Origin: Octopus sinensis
Taxonomy: Eukaryota
Length of the DNA: 64,000 bases
Assembly (NCBI RefSeq): GCF_006345805.1
Contig: NC_043012.1
Location: 23,064,001-23,128,000 of the forward strand
Direction of reading: 5' to 3'
Within the stretch, counting starts at the first letter, position 1. Every line of letters starts with the position of its first letter. Made by a program: the position numbers and the translations under genes. The notes under the pieces were generated by a model. It was not told where the DNA came from. It searched no databases and saw nothing but the letters and a program-made list of their open reading frames with translations. Positions 22,766 to 36,807 of the stretch are shown here, piece after piece.

Positions 22766-25700
22766 AAGGAAATCACCTTCTATGCACAGAGAGTCCTTCA
22801 TGGTCCTTTACTACAGATGTTTCTGTGCCTATTTCTACATCATTTATTTTTAAGGAACTGCCTAAACTTCAGAACTGAGTTCAATGCAAGTGGAATTCTT
22901 GCAATCGTTTCACTGTACCTCTAAGGATTGATTTAGTGTTTTTCCATTCCACAGTGACAAGGAACAGGTTTTCATACAAGTTAGAGAGAGCTTAGTGTGT
23001 AGTAATAGTAATTACCTATCTAATTTGTTTAGTGTATACTTAGCAGTCCCTTGCTACCTTTACTTCTTAGAATACAGATGTTGAATGTCTAATTTGTTAT
23101 AGTATGTGATGCTTTTTAATAGATTCCTGGTGCTTTGATCTTTTATGTCACTAATTCTGTCAAATTCCTGTCCAATACTATAAAGCCATATGCTGTTTGA
23201 TATAGCTATGTTTGATAATTTCATTAAAATTCTTCCAATTACTCATTCTTTATTTTTATTTTTCATTGCTTTTATATATATTTGTGCCAAAGTAATGGCA
23301 AATTGAAAATTATTCGTAGAACTTGTAAGTCCACTTATTTTTGTATTTTCATTAGCATTTGCCTTGCAGCTTTGGCTAGCTCCTGTAGTACCCGAGTGAA
23401 ACCTTGAGTGAAGCCGATCTATATTCCGTTTGCAAAGATGGTAAATAATTGTACCGGAGATTCATTACCATAAAGCTATTTACATTACGAAGCAATGTTA
23501 TAAAGAACCTTTTTTTTTTTGGCTTTTACTTGAATTTTGTGTCTTTTAAAATCTATCAAGTTTGAAACTGGTCAGAAATAAACACTTGTATTTGAATGTT
23601 AAAATAATTTTACAATCAAACTAAGATATATATATATTTCAGAAATGTGTAAGATATTGTGTATGAGAAGCATTTGCAAAGATCAAGAAACAGATAAACA
23701 GACGTACACACACTGGAAATACTTTTAGAAGTATTCAAAATACATTAGAAAGAAAATAAATATATGGTTTAATTTAGTATATATATATATATGTTGGTAT
23801 ATTAATTTGTGTGCTTATATCTGTTTTATTGGAGAAACATGAGTGTTTCTTTTCTAGAGAGTTATTCATATGTATTTAGACAATAATTACATAAAGAATG
23901 CAGATTTCTATGTTGTTGCTCAGACTCAATTAAAAAAAAATTATATTTTAGAGATTGTTTTCAGAAAATTTCTGTTTCTTAAAAATTAACTTTTGTAATT
24001 TTTAATTTGACCTTCAAATTTTATTTATATGTGACATCTTTTTTTTTTACTTCCCTCCACAAAGACAAATCTTATCACACTTTCCTTTGAATCTATATAA
24101 ATCTGTCAACATAAAAAAAAAATGTCATCTTTTGTAACCTTATGAAATAATTTCAGTTCCTTAAAAATTCATTATTGAATTTTCATTTGTTTTTAAATTT
24201 AGATAATATTTTTATTTATTCACACCATAGATCACTTTGTTTTTTTATTCCTGTTCTAAAGTTTTTCTTTAATTTCTGCATTTCACACATTTAAATATAA
24301 CTATTTATTCAATCTTTTACTTGTATTAGTTTTTATTGCAATCATAATTTCAGTGAGCAATTTTTAATTTTAATTTGTATTCATATATTGCTTTAATTTA
24401 TTGAAGAAAAAGGGAAAAAATAGTTAAATAACATGAAAGAATGAAAGCAGTATATTTATCATTTTACAAAATTATCCATCCATCAGTTACATCTTACAAT
24501 ATAGATGTATCTTTTCTATATCGCAAATGGGTTTTGGCAGAGTTTAATTTTTTTTGACAATGGTTATTGAGGTGTTATATTAAAATATAAAAGAAGGAAA
24601 CAGAGGGAGAAAAAAAAAACCCCTAGCGAAATAGGTTTCAAATCCTGATTGAAGCAAGAATGTCATTTTATTCAACAACATATATTTTGTTTGTGAGTCA
24701 GAGTTAAAGTATGGTAACCACGTCTTAACAGAAAGAATATCGTTAGTTTTAGGTTTCAAAGCTACACAAAACAAACTTCATATGTGCGTGCATGCGTGTG
24801 TGTGTGTGTGAATGTGTGAGTATGAATGTGTGTGTGTGTGAATGTGTGAATGTGTGAATGTGTGTGTGTGTGTGTGTGTGTGAATGTGTGTGTGCTGTTT
24901 TACAAATGACACTTATACCAAACAAAAATAAAAAAGAACACTTCAATTTACTTATTAATCATTAGATATGAATACTAATCACCCTCTATTTATTATAATT
25001 AACAACCAAGATGGAAAATAGAAACAATAATTTCTTAGATTTAAACATTTTTAGACAATATTCGAGGTTCTTATTTCTATGAACATTTATATATAGTGTT
25101 ATTTATCTAAATACAACTGAAATATATGCTGACAAAAAAGAGAGAGAGAGAGAATTTGTATTGCTTTTCCAGACACTATTTCTTTTTTATTAATTTAAAA
25201 TAATTAAAGTTGTTCATCTGAAAACCTAATTACATCATTTCTAAAATAAAATAGAAATAAAATAAAAAAATCTAGTGAAACCTATTTGCCAAAGAAAAAT
25301 ATTTAATTGCAACAAATTATTTTATAATTGCCCTGATTTGACTGGAGAACAACAAAAACAATAACAAATTTTTAAAAATGCTACAAAAAATACAATGAAG
25401 AACAATTCAATCATTCTAAAAGCAAGTTTACTTGAGACTTTATAACTTTAATTTAATATTTTTGGTTGTTTGAAAGTGACAGTTCATATATATATCAATA
25501 ACTATTAGAATACAGGGATGGAATAAAATTTGGGAGACAGAAAATGGAATGATCTGTTTCTTTGAAATTATCATAATTATTATCATTGTTATTGATGTTA
25601 TTGAGGCGGTGAACTGGCAGAACTGTTAGGATGCTGGGCAAAATGCTTAGTGACGTTTAGTCTGTTTTTACGTTCTGAGTTCAAATTCTGTTGAGGTTGA

Positions 25701-25858
25701 CTTTGCCTTCCATCCTTTTGGGATTGATGAAATAAAGTATGAATTAAGTACTAAAGTTGATGTAATTGATTATCTGCCTCCTCCAAAATTTTACGAGAGA
25801 CGATTATTATTATAATTATTGGCATCAAAGTGGCAAGCTGGCATAATGCAAGAGACCA

Positions 25859-26080
25859 GCTGGCAGAATCCAGGACACAAGCTAGCAGAATCTGGGACAC
25901 AAACTAGCAGAATCTGGGACACAAACTAGCAGAATCTGGGACACAAGCTAGCAGAATCTGGGACACAAACTAGCAGAATCCGGGACACAAGCTAGCAGAA
26001 TCTGGGACACAAACTAGCAGAATCTGGGACACAAACTAGCAGAATCTGGGACACAAAGCTGGCAGAATCCAGGACACAAA
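25859..26080 (+). repeat. 22-bp minisatellite, 10 units, inside a SINE family B head
   Basis: Unit RCT(A/G)GCAGAATC(T/C)(G/A)GGACACAA. It is preceded by AAAGTGGCAAGCTGGC and followed by the SINE body GACTTTGCCTTTCATCCTTTCAGGGTCAATAAATTAAGTACCAG. Confidence 0.95.
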
Positions 26081-26427
26081 GCTGAGTGCATTTCTCTCAG
26101 TTTCATGTTCTGCTGAGGCTGACTTTGCCTTTCATCCTTTCAGGGTCAATAAATTAAGTACCAGTCAAGCATTGGGGGCCAATGTAATCAACTGAACCTT
26201 AACGTAGTGAACCCCCTCCCTAAACTTGGTGAACTGGCAGAACTTTTAGCATTGCCAAACAAAATGCTTGCTGGCATTTTGTCTGTCATTACTTTCTGAG
26301 TTCAAATTCTGCCGAGGTCTTTACCTTTCATCTTTTTGAGGTGGATAAATTAAGTACCAGTAAAACACTGGGGTTGATGCAATCAACTAGTCCTCTCCCC
26401 CAAATTTCAGGCCTTGTGCCTTAAGTA

Positions 26428-27189
26428 TTGGGTCATCCCATAAATAAAGTGGTTTTTCTCAATTGCATGAACTTAAAAGTTGGAGGAGGCTGGGATAAAC
26501 GACCTGCATCAACTTGATATAAAAGCAGGTAATAATTTTACCTTGTCCTTATTCTTAGTGCAAGTTTTGATGAGTGCAGTTCGATTTTAACAATTATGTT
26601 TACAAAGCTGGAATGGAAGTGACGAAGGAATGTATTCTACATATTTTGCTTTATGAGTTCAATAAAGGCAACAATGCAATGGAAAGTGCAAGGAATATTA
26701 ATGCAGTATATGGGGATCGGACAATAAGCATAAACCAGTGTCAACGGTGGTTCCAGAAATTCTGAGCAGGAAACTACAGCCTAGCAGATGAGTCTTGTCC
26801 TGAAAGATCTGTAGAGCTCATCACGGATGTCCTGGTGGAACAAAATCCCATCATAACTGTTGAGGAACTAGCATAGAAACTTGGATTTGGTTATTCAACC
26901 ATTCACTAACACCTGCAAGCCATCAGAAAAGTCAGCAAATTGAGCCTATGGGTTCCTCACAAACTTTCCATGTCTAATTGCATGCAGAGAGTGAATGTGT
27001 GCTTTTCATTGCTGTCATGTCTCATAAATGAACCTTTCTCTGGACTGAATAGAGACTGGTGAAGAGAAATGGGTTCACTATAAAAATGTCAAGCGGTGAA
27101 AACAGTCGGTAAGGAAAGGACAAAATACCAGCACCCTAGTCTAAAGAAGGTCTTCACCCACGTAAGGTATTGTTACCTTTTTGCTGGGA
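26428..27189 (+). pseudogene. Mariner transposon, 5' half (subfamily 1), decayed
   Basis: TA followed by TIR TTGGGTCATCCCATAAATA. ATG at 26613 gives MEVTKECILHILLYEFNKGNNAMESARNINAVYG...RWFQKF*, then the WVPH motif near 26950 and E-K-W-V remnants. Multiple stops. Confidence 0.9.
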
Positions 27190-27732
27190 TTATTATTATT
27201 AAAAGGTAGTGGATTGGAAGAATTGTTAGTTTCAGACAAAATACTTTGCAGTGTTTGTTTCAGAGGTTTATTATGATTTGCATTTAAATTCTGCTGAGGT
27301 CAAATTTGATCTTCATCCCTCCAGGGCAGATAAAATAACCCAGGAGTCAGATAAGAGTTGATGGTATCGACTAACCTTGTGCTTATAAATTAGAAATTAT
27401 AATTGTGCTGAATTGACAGAATCCTCAGAGCATTGGTAAAAGTACCTTGCTGTGTTTATTTTAGCCATCTACATTCTGAGTTCAAATGTCACTAAGGGTC
27501 ACTTAACCTTTTATCTTTTTAGGGTCAATAAAATAAAGTCAAATACAGGGGTTAATGCCATCAACACTCCATTGAAAGTCATGGTTTTATGCCTAATTTA
27601 GCAACAGTTATTAACCATGATGGTGTTAATGGATATGATGATGGTGGTGGTGGTGGTGATTATTATTATTATTATTATTAGAAAATTACTGTTTGTAAAT
27701 CTCACAATGAGAGATGTTCAGCAACAGTACTT

Positions 27733-28104
27733 TGGAGTAAAGATTGTTTGTCAACATAATATGGCAGTCCTGGTTTAGGATGAATATTGCTGTAATTTAG
27801 CCCCAGAAGACATCAGTGACTAGTTGTCACTTTGGAAACTATATATATTTCGAACAGGAATTTGGCAGCGCCACCTCTAGCTGAACAATTATTCTGTTCT
27901 GATGAAGAGAAATAACCCAGAAATCGCAATACACAGATATTGTTTTGAGCTGAGTGGGGGTGCTAGATTCCCTTGTTCAAAAATATAAGGACACAGATTG
28001 TATCGTATAGCCAGCTGGAGACAATGTCTCCTGGGGTTAAATTACAGTAACATTCGTCCTAAACCAGGACTACCAAGTTATATTGGCAAACAATCTTTAC
28101 TCCA
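27733..28104. mobile_element. Long-TIR foldback-type MITE
   Basis: TGGAGTAAAGATTGTTTGTCAACATAATATGGCAGTCCTGGTTTAGGATGAAT... at the left is mirrored by ...ATTCGTCCTAAACCAGGACTACCAAGTTATATTGGCAAACAATCTTTACTCCA at the right. A partial copy lies at 45203-45460. Confidence 0.85.
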
Positions 28105-28653
28105 CTATTATTATTATTAAAAGAATATAGGTGGTGAAGTGGCAGAATTATTAGCATGCTAGACAAAATGATGAATGGCATTTCCTCCAGCTTTACATTC
28201 TGAGTTCAAATACCACCAAGGTCGATTTTTGCCCTTTATCCATTTGGGGTTGGTAAGGTAAGGACCGGTTGAGCACAAGGGTTGATGTATTCAACTCTCC
28301 CCACTTCTTCCAAAATTACAGGCCACATGCCTATAGTAGAAAGGATTATTATCAGAATTGGATGGGACATTAGCAGAATTCTTAGAGTATTGGGTAAAGT
28401 GCCTTTGTGTATTTGCTTTAGTCCTCTGAATTTTGAGTTCAAACCCTGCAGAGGTCAGCTTTGCTTTTTTTCTTTCCAGTGTTGGTTACCAAACACTAAA
28501 GTTACTGGGCCGCTATACTCAATGAAGAATTTGTGACATTGTACTTGTCTTTCATATTTAATTTGCTTCAGTTGTTGGACTGTGACCATGCTGGGGCACC
28601 ACTTAGGAAGGTCTTAGTTGAATAGATTGGCACTTTGTTGCAAATATCTAGGC

Positions 28654-28854
28654 CAGTGCTTTTCAAACTTTTTGCTGGAGCGGAACCCCAAGGAAACATT
28701 CCACTGGCTCGAGGAACCCCTGTGCAATAATTTAATAGACTTTTGCACACATATCTGCACAAGAGAATTAAAAATTACTGCCGATTTTAGCGGTTTTGTA
28801 ACTTCTTGCGGAACCCCTGGACTGTACTGGTAGAACCCTGGTTGAAAACCACTG
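28654..28854. mobile_element. hAT-type MITE (201 bp) with perfect 8-bp TSD
   Basis: Termini CAGTGCTTTTCAAAC and GTTGAAAACCACTG. ATCTAGGC is duplicated at 28646-28653 and 28855-28862. Confidence 0.92.
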
Positions 28855-31649
28855 ATCTAGGCTGTGTTTGGTTAAACCGTTCAGCATTTGGATTATTCTG
28901 TCAGGTGTAATGTTTATTTACTAATATTGCTTTAAATCAATCATGCATTATCTCATAGCTTTGAGATTATAATGAGGTGATTGTTCACTTTTAGAATGAC
29001 ATTGTGTAAGAGGTCAGATCAAACCACTTTGAACATAAAAATGCATAAAATATTTGGGCCTGAAATGGCTGGATTAAATACTATAGTGTTATATGTACAA
29101 ATTTTGGTCTTCTTTTACTTTCTTTTCCTTTTTTTAGGGGAGTAGGATGGATCTGCAAATTTTAACACTTTTACTCTCAGAATAAAATCTAAGTGAATGA
29201 GACAGATGGAGAAATGGATTTTCTCCAAGCACAGACTCTAGCGCCTGAGGAAGAATGGGTTTCATGAAACAAGGGTTAAAATTTTACAACAATTCTTCAA
29301 ATATTCAACCATGAAAATAACTTTTGTTAACTGAATATTTAGGAAAATTAATTCAAATTTTAAAATATATATATATATATATATATATAAAATAGCCCCC
29401 CAAAAAAGAAATAACAATAAATTTTATTTAATGCTTGCTTAAAAAATGGCAATAATGGTGATTACTATAAAATGGCAATTATGGTGATTATTTCAAATGG
29501 AATAAAAAAAAAAAAGAAGGTTTGCATAATCTATTTAATCTGTTTTGAATTTTCAATGAATAATTTGCAAATTGTTTACATCAGTCTCTAAAAATTTAAA
29601 TATAACTTTTGATTAACAAATCAAGTCTAATATAGTCAACAAGAACTACAGCTATGAAAGAGGATGGAGTGAACAAAATCAAAACAGAAAACAAAAATAG
29701 AAAATACACAAAATTTTAAATAAACAATATATTCCATTTAACCCTACAGCATCCACCATTTATTGTACACTATTTCGGTCTCAAAGAGCAACGAATAGAA
29801 ATAATCAGAACATTTCATCTTCTTCTTCAATGATATCATTACAATATTTACCATAATACAGTGGAATTTTCTAGAGAATTTTTATCAAAATACTTTATGC
29901 TATATTTTCAAAGAAGTGAAATTTTCAAAGCGTAATTATGTTTCATTTCATCAGAAATTTTGGGCAGATTTCTTTTCTTTAATTCATTGAAAGAAATAGA
30001 TGATAGGTTACTTACAGTCAAACAAAATGATTCCACTCACCTGAAAAAGAGAGGAAAAAATATAAGTACATTTAAAATAAAAAGAACATTTGAAGAGTTT
30101 ATCATAGAGGGGAAAAAAAAAAAAAAAGAAATAGTCCTTTAATGTTGAAGTAGCTTACAATTTTTCCACATGATATTGTAGAAGAAAGGCCAGTTATGAG
30201 CGAAATGAGAATGAGTTGTTGCATCATGCAATAGTAAATAATATGAGCAAACTGAGCCACGAATATATCATCATCATCATCGTCGTCGTCATCATCACTT
30301 TGATGTCAGTGTTTCTATGCTTGTATGGGTGGGATGTAATGTTTTGAAAGAGCCAGATGCCCTTCCTGTCATCAAGCCTCACCTGTTTTCAGGAAAGGTA
30401 ATAGTTCTCTCTGGCTGGAAATGTTTTCACAGAAGATTGTATATGAGGTCTACTTTTCCATGCTTGAATGGTTTCCTAAGGCCAGATGCTTCTCCCGTCC
30501 CCAACCCTCTCACCCAATTCCAAAAAGATAATCTTTCTCTTCTGACCAATAGACAGCTCAATGACCAGACATGTTTTTGCAGAAGATTGCAAACAAATGG
30601 AAAAATTTTGTATGAATGGTGAATTTGTATAGAATCAATGCACAAATGTTAAGACAAAAAGGAAGATGCACACACACACACATTATAGGCTTCCTACAGT
30701 ATCCATCAATCAAATTCACTGAAAAGCACTTTTGGCTGGGAATATAGAAGAGGACACTTCCTCAGTGATGTGTGCTACAGAACTGAACCTGAAACTACGT
30801 AGCTGTGAAGAAAACTTCTTTAATCAAACAGTTATGCCAGCTCCTAATTATAAATTCAAGTACTATTAAAATCCATTCATTGCACATCAATGTATTCAGA
30901 TTATAAAAGAACAACTTATAAATTCTATGTGTAATTAATTTTCTTTGCAACACAAAATAGAAAAAAAAGAACAAAAAAGGAAAATGCAATGAATAAAAGA
31001 AAAATATGGCAAAAATGTAAAAGTAATTTTCATCTCATTAAAAGTGTAATTAGGAGACGTAAATGAGATAAGTCCTGCTCATTACTGAAAAGAAAAAAAT
31101 AGAATAAAAACAATAATAAATAATTCCATCATACATTTACCACTGACTCTTTTACTCTCTCACAGAGATAATATATGCAAATATATAAAAAAAACCAATA
31201 TGTGAATATACCAGAGTATTTTAAATGGGATGCAGGTTTCTTTTGAGAGAATTATTAAGTTAGCAAAGTGCAATGAGAGTCTTTTAGTTCCTGTTTTATT
31301 CATGAAGATGTGGAATTATCACAGACATGATGTGGTGTTGCAGAATTGATTGTCATGTCATAAAGTACAGTTCCACATGATTTCGGGTTCGGTCTCACTG
31401 CGTGGTACCCTTGGTAAAATACTGTTGCCAGTCATTGGACTGTGGCCATGCTAGAGCACGCCCTTGAAGAATTTTGAGTTGAATGAATTGGTCCCACAGT
31501 AGGTTATTTTGCAAGCCAGGTATCTATTCCATTGGTCTGTTTTGCCAAGCTGCTGAGTTACAGGGATGTAAACAAACCAATACTGGTTGTCAAACAGTCA
31601 CGAGAGACAATCATAAATGCAGAGACACACACACTCATACATGCATACA

Positions 31650-31717
31650 TGCATGCATGCATGCATGCATGCATGCATACATACATACATACATACATAC
31701 ATACATACATACATACA

Positions 31718-31748
<31 letters not shown>
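31650..31748. repeat. (CATG)n(CATA)n tetranucleotide microsatellite inside an old SINE A
   Basis: Directly visible. Confidence 0.95.
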
Positions 31749-31750
<2 letters not shown>

Positions 31751-32021
31751 GACAGGCTTCTATCAGTGCCTGGGGCTACAACAAAAGACACACAAAGTGC
31801 TGTGTAGTGGAACTGAACTCAAGGCCACATGGCTGGCAAGCAAATTTCTTAACCATAAGGCAGGTAGATGTAACATGTTAGAAATAATGTTTGTCTTCAA
31901 AACTGTGAACATGTATAAGTATGTTTGAATTCAAAGAGAAAACAGAATAATTGCATATAGACACACACATACATACTCATACATATATATATGTGTGTGT
32001 GTGTGTGTGTGCGTGTGTATG

Positions 32022-32079
<58 letters not shown>

Positions 32080-33069
32080 TATATAAATACATATATATAC
32101 ACATAACATAGATATATAGATACATACATTCAACATCATTGTTTTAATGAAGTATAGAGTATAAAAGAAGCAGGACAAGAAAAATATTTACTCAGAATTC
32201 GTCCAAATGTAGAGTATATCTTTATCTTTTACTTATTTCAGTCATTGGATGGCAGCCACTCCTTGAAATGCTTTTAATTTCAGAAACTGACCCTGGGACT
32301 TACATTTTTAAGTCTTGTACTTAACTTATTCTATGCCTTTTTTGGTGAACTGCTGTTACAGGGATGTAAACAAACTAACACTAGGTGTCAGGTGGTGGAG
32401 AGAGAAACACAAAGACACACACACACACACGATGGTCTTTCACAAAATTCCTTACTACCAAATTCACTCACAAGGCATTGGTTGTCCCAGAGCCATAGAA
32501 TAATATATTTGCTCAAGTGGCTACACAGTCAAACTGAACCGAAAGCCACAGCAGTTCTTAGGTTGCCTCAACTGACAGTCCCCCCCCTACTACCACCACC
32601 AAAATGATGTATTAGATACTCTTGTGTCAAGAATGAATTAAAACATTTTATTTACTTCTGCAAAAATATGATTCAAGATATGATTACACAACCAAATATG
32701 GTGTTGTGCTGACATGGTGTGTCTACTTCGTATTGAAAATACGAAGCTTTTGCGAACAAAAGCAAGAACACAAGAAACATAATATTTCTATTTTCTTGTA
32801 CATTACAAAATGTAACGAAGCAATTAAAGATTAAAAATTTCACTGTCTATCAAAATAAAGAAAAAAAATCCCAATTAATTGGTTGGCTAAAATTAGAACT
32901 GAATAGTAAAATGGATGATGGCTGCTTCAATTTTTAACATTTTTACATGTCTACAACTGCAACTAGCTTTTCTTCGTACAAACTACACAATGTCTCTTGA
33001 AACAGAAATTCAAATTTAAAACTGAGATACAGTATTGTGAAGATAAGTAAATATAGATATATATATAAG

Positions 33070-33420
33070 TGCAGGCATGGCTGTGTGGCTAGAAACTTTG
33101 ATTTGCAACCCAATGGTTTTGTGTTCAGTCTCACCACATGGCACCTAGGGCAAATATCTTCTACTATAGCCTTGGGCTGAACAATGCGTGGGGAGTGAAT
33201 TTGATGAATGGAAACTGTGTGAGTGTTTTATCCCACCCCCACTGTCTCGTTGACGACCAGTGTTTGTTTACTTCCCCATAACTTGGCTGTTTAGCAAAAG
33301 AAACCAAGAGAATAAGTACCAGGTTTAAAAAGATAAGTATTGAGGTTGATCTGTTCAACTAAAATCTTTCAAAGTGGTGCCTTGGCATGGCTGCAGTCCA
33401 ATGATTGGAAACAAGTAAAG
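33070..33420 (+). mobile_element. Old SINE family A copy
   Basis: GCAGGCATGGCTGTGTGG head, through GCATGGCTGCAGTCCAATGATTGGAAACAAGTAAAG tail. Confidence 0.8.
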
Positions 33421-35442
33421 AAAACAAAAAAAAAAACAAAAGTATTGCAGCAAAAATGTGCTGTGTTGTGGCATTGAACCAATTTTAGATGAATTTTTGT
33501 CTCAATTAAACAGAGAATGCCAGAATAAGTAAATGCAAAGTTGGAACATTTAAAAGCCTGATAGTTATGATGCAATAAAATGTTTCCAAAAACAGCACCA
33601 TAACAGAACTATTATAGAAGAAAGTCTCAGGAACCGAACAAACCTTTTTTTTTCCAACAGACATATTCACTTCCAGTTCATAACGAAGTGATAGTTGCTG
33701 TTACCAAAATATGCAATGTTTAAATTTAGCTTAAAATATAACCACACTGAAAATATATAAGTGTATGTGAACTCTAAATTTACACTCATTGAAAAACTAC
33801 ACACCACATACAACTGCTGAGCTGCATATATTATTCATTAAAAGCAAAGCCAGAAAGGCTTGTACATTATAAAATTAAGTTAGGAACACTTAAACACAGT
33901 TTGATGAAATATGCTGTCAAGTAAAGACTTTGAAACACAAAACAATTTTCTTGAACAAATTAAATTTAAACTAAAAGCCAAATAAACTAAATTATTTTGA
34001 TGTTATCTGATTCAACTTAAAACTGTTTCTTTCTTATTCAAACCATCTCTTGTAATGTTCATTGCGGGTGCCAAATTGCTTGCTAAGTGTAATTTTCATC
34101 CAGAGCTCTATCACATTTAAAACAAAACTGCCAAATGATATTCTTTGAAGACACATCAAATCTAACCAGCTAATCACAGTTGAGCGGAAAAGATAAGCTG
34201 AATAAAAAGATGATTATCATGTAGACAATTGTAGAGAGCAACAAAACTGCCTGTTTACCAAGCCATTTGGTGAGGCTGTTGGGATAGCTATCTATAAAGG
34301 AAGCTTCTCTACCACCACCCAAGCCCAAACAAATACAGCAACAGGCCAAGGCTTTCACTATTTTAAAGGCAAGTTTGCAATCCCTACTATAATGGAACCT
34401 GTTAGATAGACTCTGCAATGACAGAAGAGAAAAACTGGCTTGGTTAGGGGACTAAGTCAGAAAGTCAGAAAAGGCAACCAAGACTTTTAGAACAAGCTAT
34501 CATTAATCAGTATTTACTGCAATTTTCAAACAATTCCAGATAAATTAGACAATGTTATATAGTTATGAGCTTTCTCTTGGATCACTGCCACATTTCAGAG
34601 TTGAACATAATTCTGTACTATTGATTACTTTTTATATTTAGTTCTCCTTCTCTTTCTCTGCCCTCCACTTCTCTCTCAATCATTATTGAAAGAGGAAGGC
34701 ATAGTTTCCTCATATTTCATTGGGTTGGATCCAACGTACTAGGAAGGTCACAGGAAAGCTCATTTATAATTGGTGTCTACTAGCACTGTTAATATCACAA
34801 TGGCTTGTGTGGTTACCATTTATATAATGGTTTATTTAGAGTGGTGGTTACTCTCAGCTATGTTATTTGTAACAGCAGTATTATAATAACTAATAGGAAT
34901 ATAATAAATAATCCTAAGTATAAAATATTGGATTTTACTGAAGTTATTATCTAATATTATCTCCGTTTTATTATATAATAATAAACAATTTTGTGTTTTT
35001 TTTTTCCATTTCAGACAAGAGGAAAAGAAAAAAGAAAAAAAACAAAAACAAACTTCCAATGACTCAAGAATGCTTATAAAGCAATTTGTGCCTACCAATA
35101 ATAACTTGTGACGGAAATCTAAAGATGTATAGGCTGGATAATGGAAGTAATAAGGTTTCTATACACTCTCTAACAAAGATTAACAGAAAATATGTTAAAT
35201 GATGTAGTATTTGATTAAGAAACATAAATTAACAAACTGGAATTAGTGTTCTCCTCTCTTATTCTAAATATTATTATACTAAATACTAATATATTATACT
35301 AAATATTATTGCTTTGACAATTATCTTCCCTGGCAACTGGTAACATCAATTAAAATAGCTCTGCATGTTACTCATTTAAACAAATTTTACAGAAATCACA
35401 GAAGAAAATGAATGACATTTTAAATTCAGTTATATACTAAAT

Positions 35443-35843
35443 GGCGCAAGAGTGGCTGTGTGGTAAGTAGCTTGTTTACCAACCACATGGTTCCGGGTTC
35501 AGTCCCTCTGCGTGGTACCTTGGGCAAGTGTCTTCTACTATAGCCTCGGGTCGACCAAAGCCTTGTGAGTGGATTTGGTAGATGGAAACTGAAAGATGCC
35601 CGTCGTATATAAGTATATATATATGTGTGCGTGTATGTTTGTGTGTCTGTGTTTGTCCCCATAGCATTGCTTGACAACCGATGCTGGTGTGTTTATGTCT
35701 CCGTTACTTAGCTGTTCGGCAAAAGAGACCGATAGAATAAGTACTGGGCTTACAAATAATAAGTCCCGGGGTCGAGTTGCTCGATTCAAGGCGGTGCTCC
35801 AGCATGGCCACAGTCAAATGGCTGAAAAAAGTAAAATAGTAAA
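35443..35843 (+). mobile_element. Full-length young SINE family A
   Basis: Same sequence as the 14548 copy with few changes. Confidence 0.92.
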
Positions 35844-36752
35844 GTTGCAGAGAAGGCCACTGAGTAGCTGTGGATAAAGAGGGCTGACATTGCTGCTATT
35901 GGGATACAAGCTGGGACTTGATTTACCCTGGATGAGCAAACTAGCCAATAGTGGTTGATGTCTAAAGTCTTGAACCCACCACCACCACTACTGAGACCCC
36001 AGAATCACCAGTAATGATGCAGCCCAAAGCATTTGTGAGATTTATCTTGGAACTAATCTTGATACAAATTCTTGAGCAGCACATATGCCAAAACAACACA
36101 CTCTTGTAAACAAGGGGTACCGAGAGAGGAACTAAACTTCACCAACCTTCACAATAAAAACAATTTCTTCCAGAGATACAAAGCAGTTTTCTTTTGCTCT
36201 TTTTTTTTTATGAAGGCAAGGCATACAGAAAGTTGATCAATTGTTTACACTCATTTAGTTTACCCTATGAAAATGAATTGCAAATTAACCATGGCAAGAT
36301 TTGAACTCAGAACCATAGAGCAGCAAACTTCTGTTACTTTTATAGTATGCAATTATGTATCATAACTGCAAATGCATCTTGGGTAAAGTTTCTTAAGCCA
36401 TACCTTTCAAACTTAAATCAACTACAGATATCTCTGTTGATGTCTCTATTGATAGCTATTTGACAATTCTTCCTTAGACATTACATGATAACAATGATTG
36501 TTACTCAAATAATTATCTAAGTTCTTCAGCCACTGCCGCCACCATTTACCAAATCCACAGTTATAACTATTCATATTTATAACAATTCCATTGAACCCTT
36601 TAGCATTCAGATTAATCAGATTGTTATAAATTAATCATGGATTATCTCATGGTTTTGAAAATTCACAGATGTGATTGCTTATTTTTAGGATAACATTGTA
36701 GGGTAAGTGTGAGAGATGGGATCTGGCCAGTTAACACTATCTAACATATATA

Positions 36753-36798
<46 letters not shown>

Positions 36799-36807
36799 GA
36801 TATATAT

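Noticed and set aside
25859-26080. Regular direct repeats as a possible CRISPR array
   Set aside because: Units are contiguous with no unique spacers, there are no cas genes, and the context is eukaryotic.
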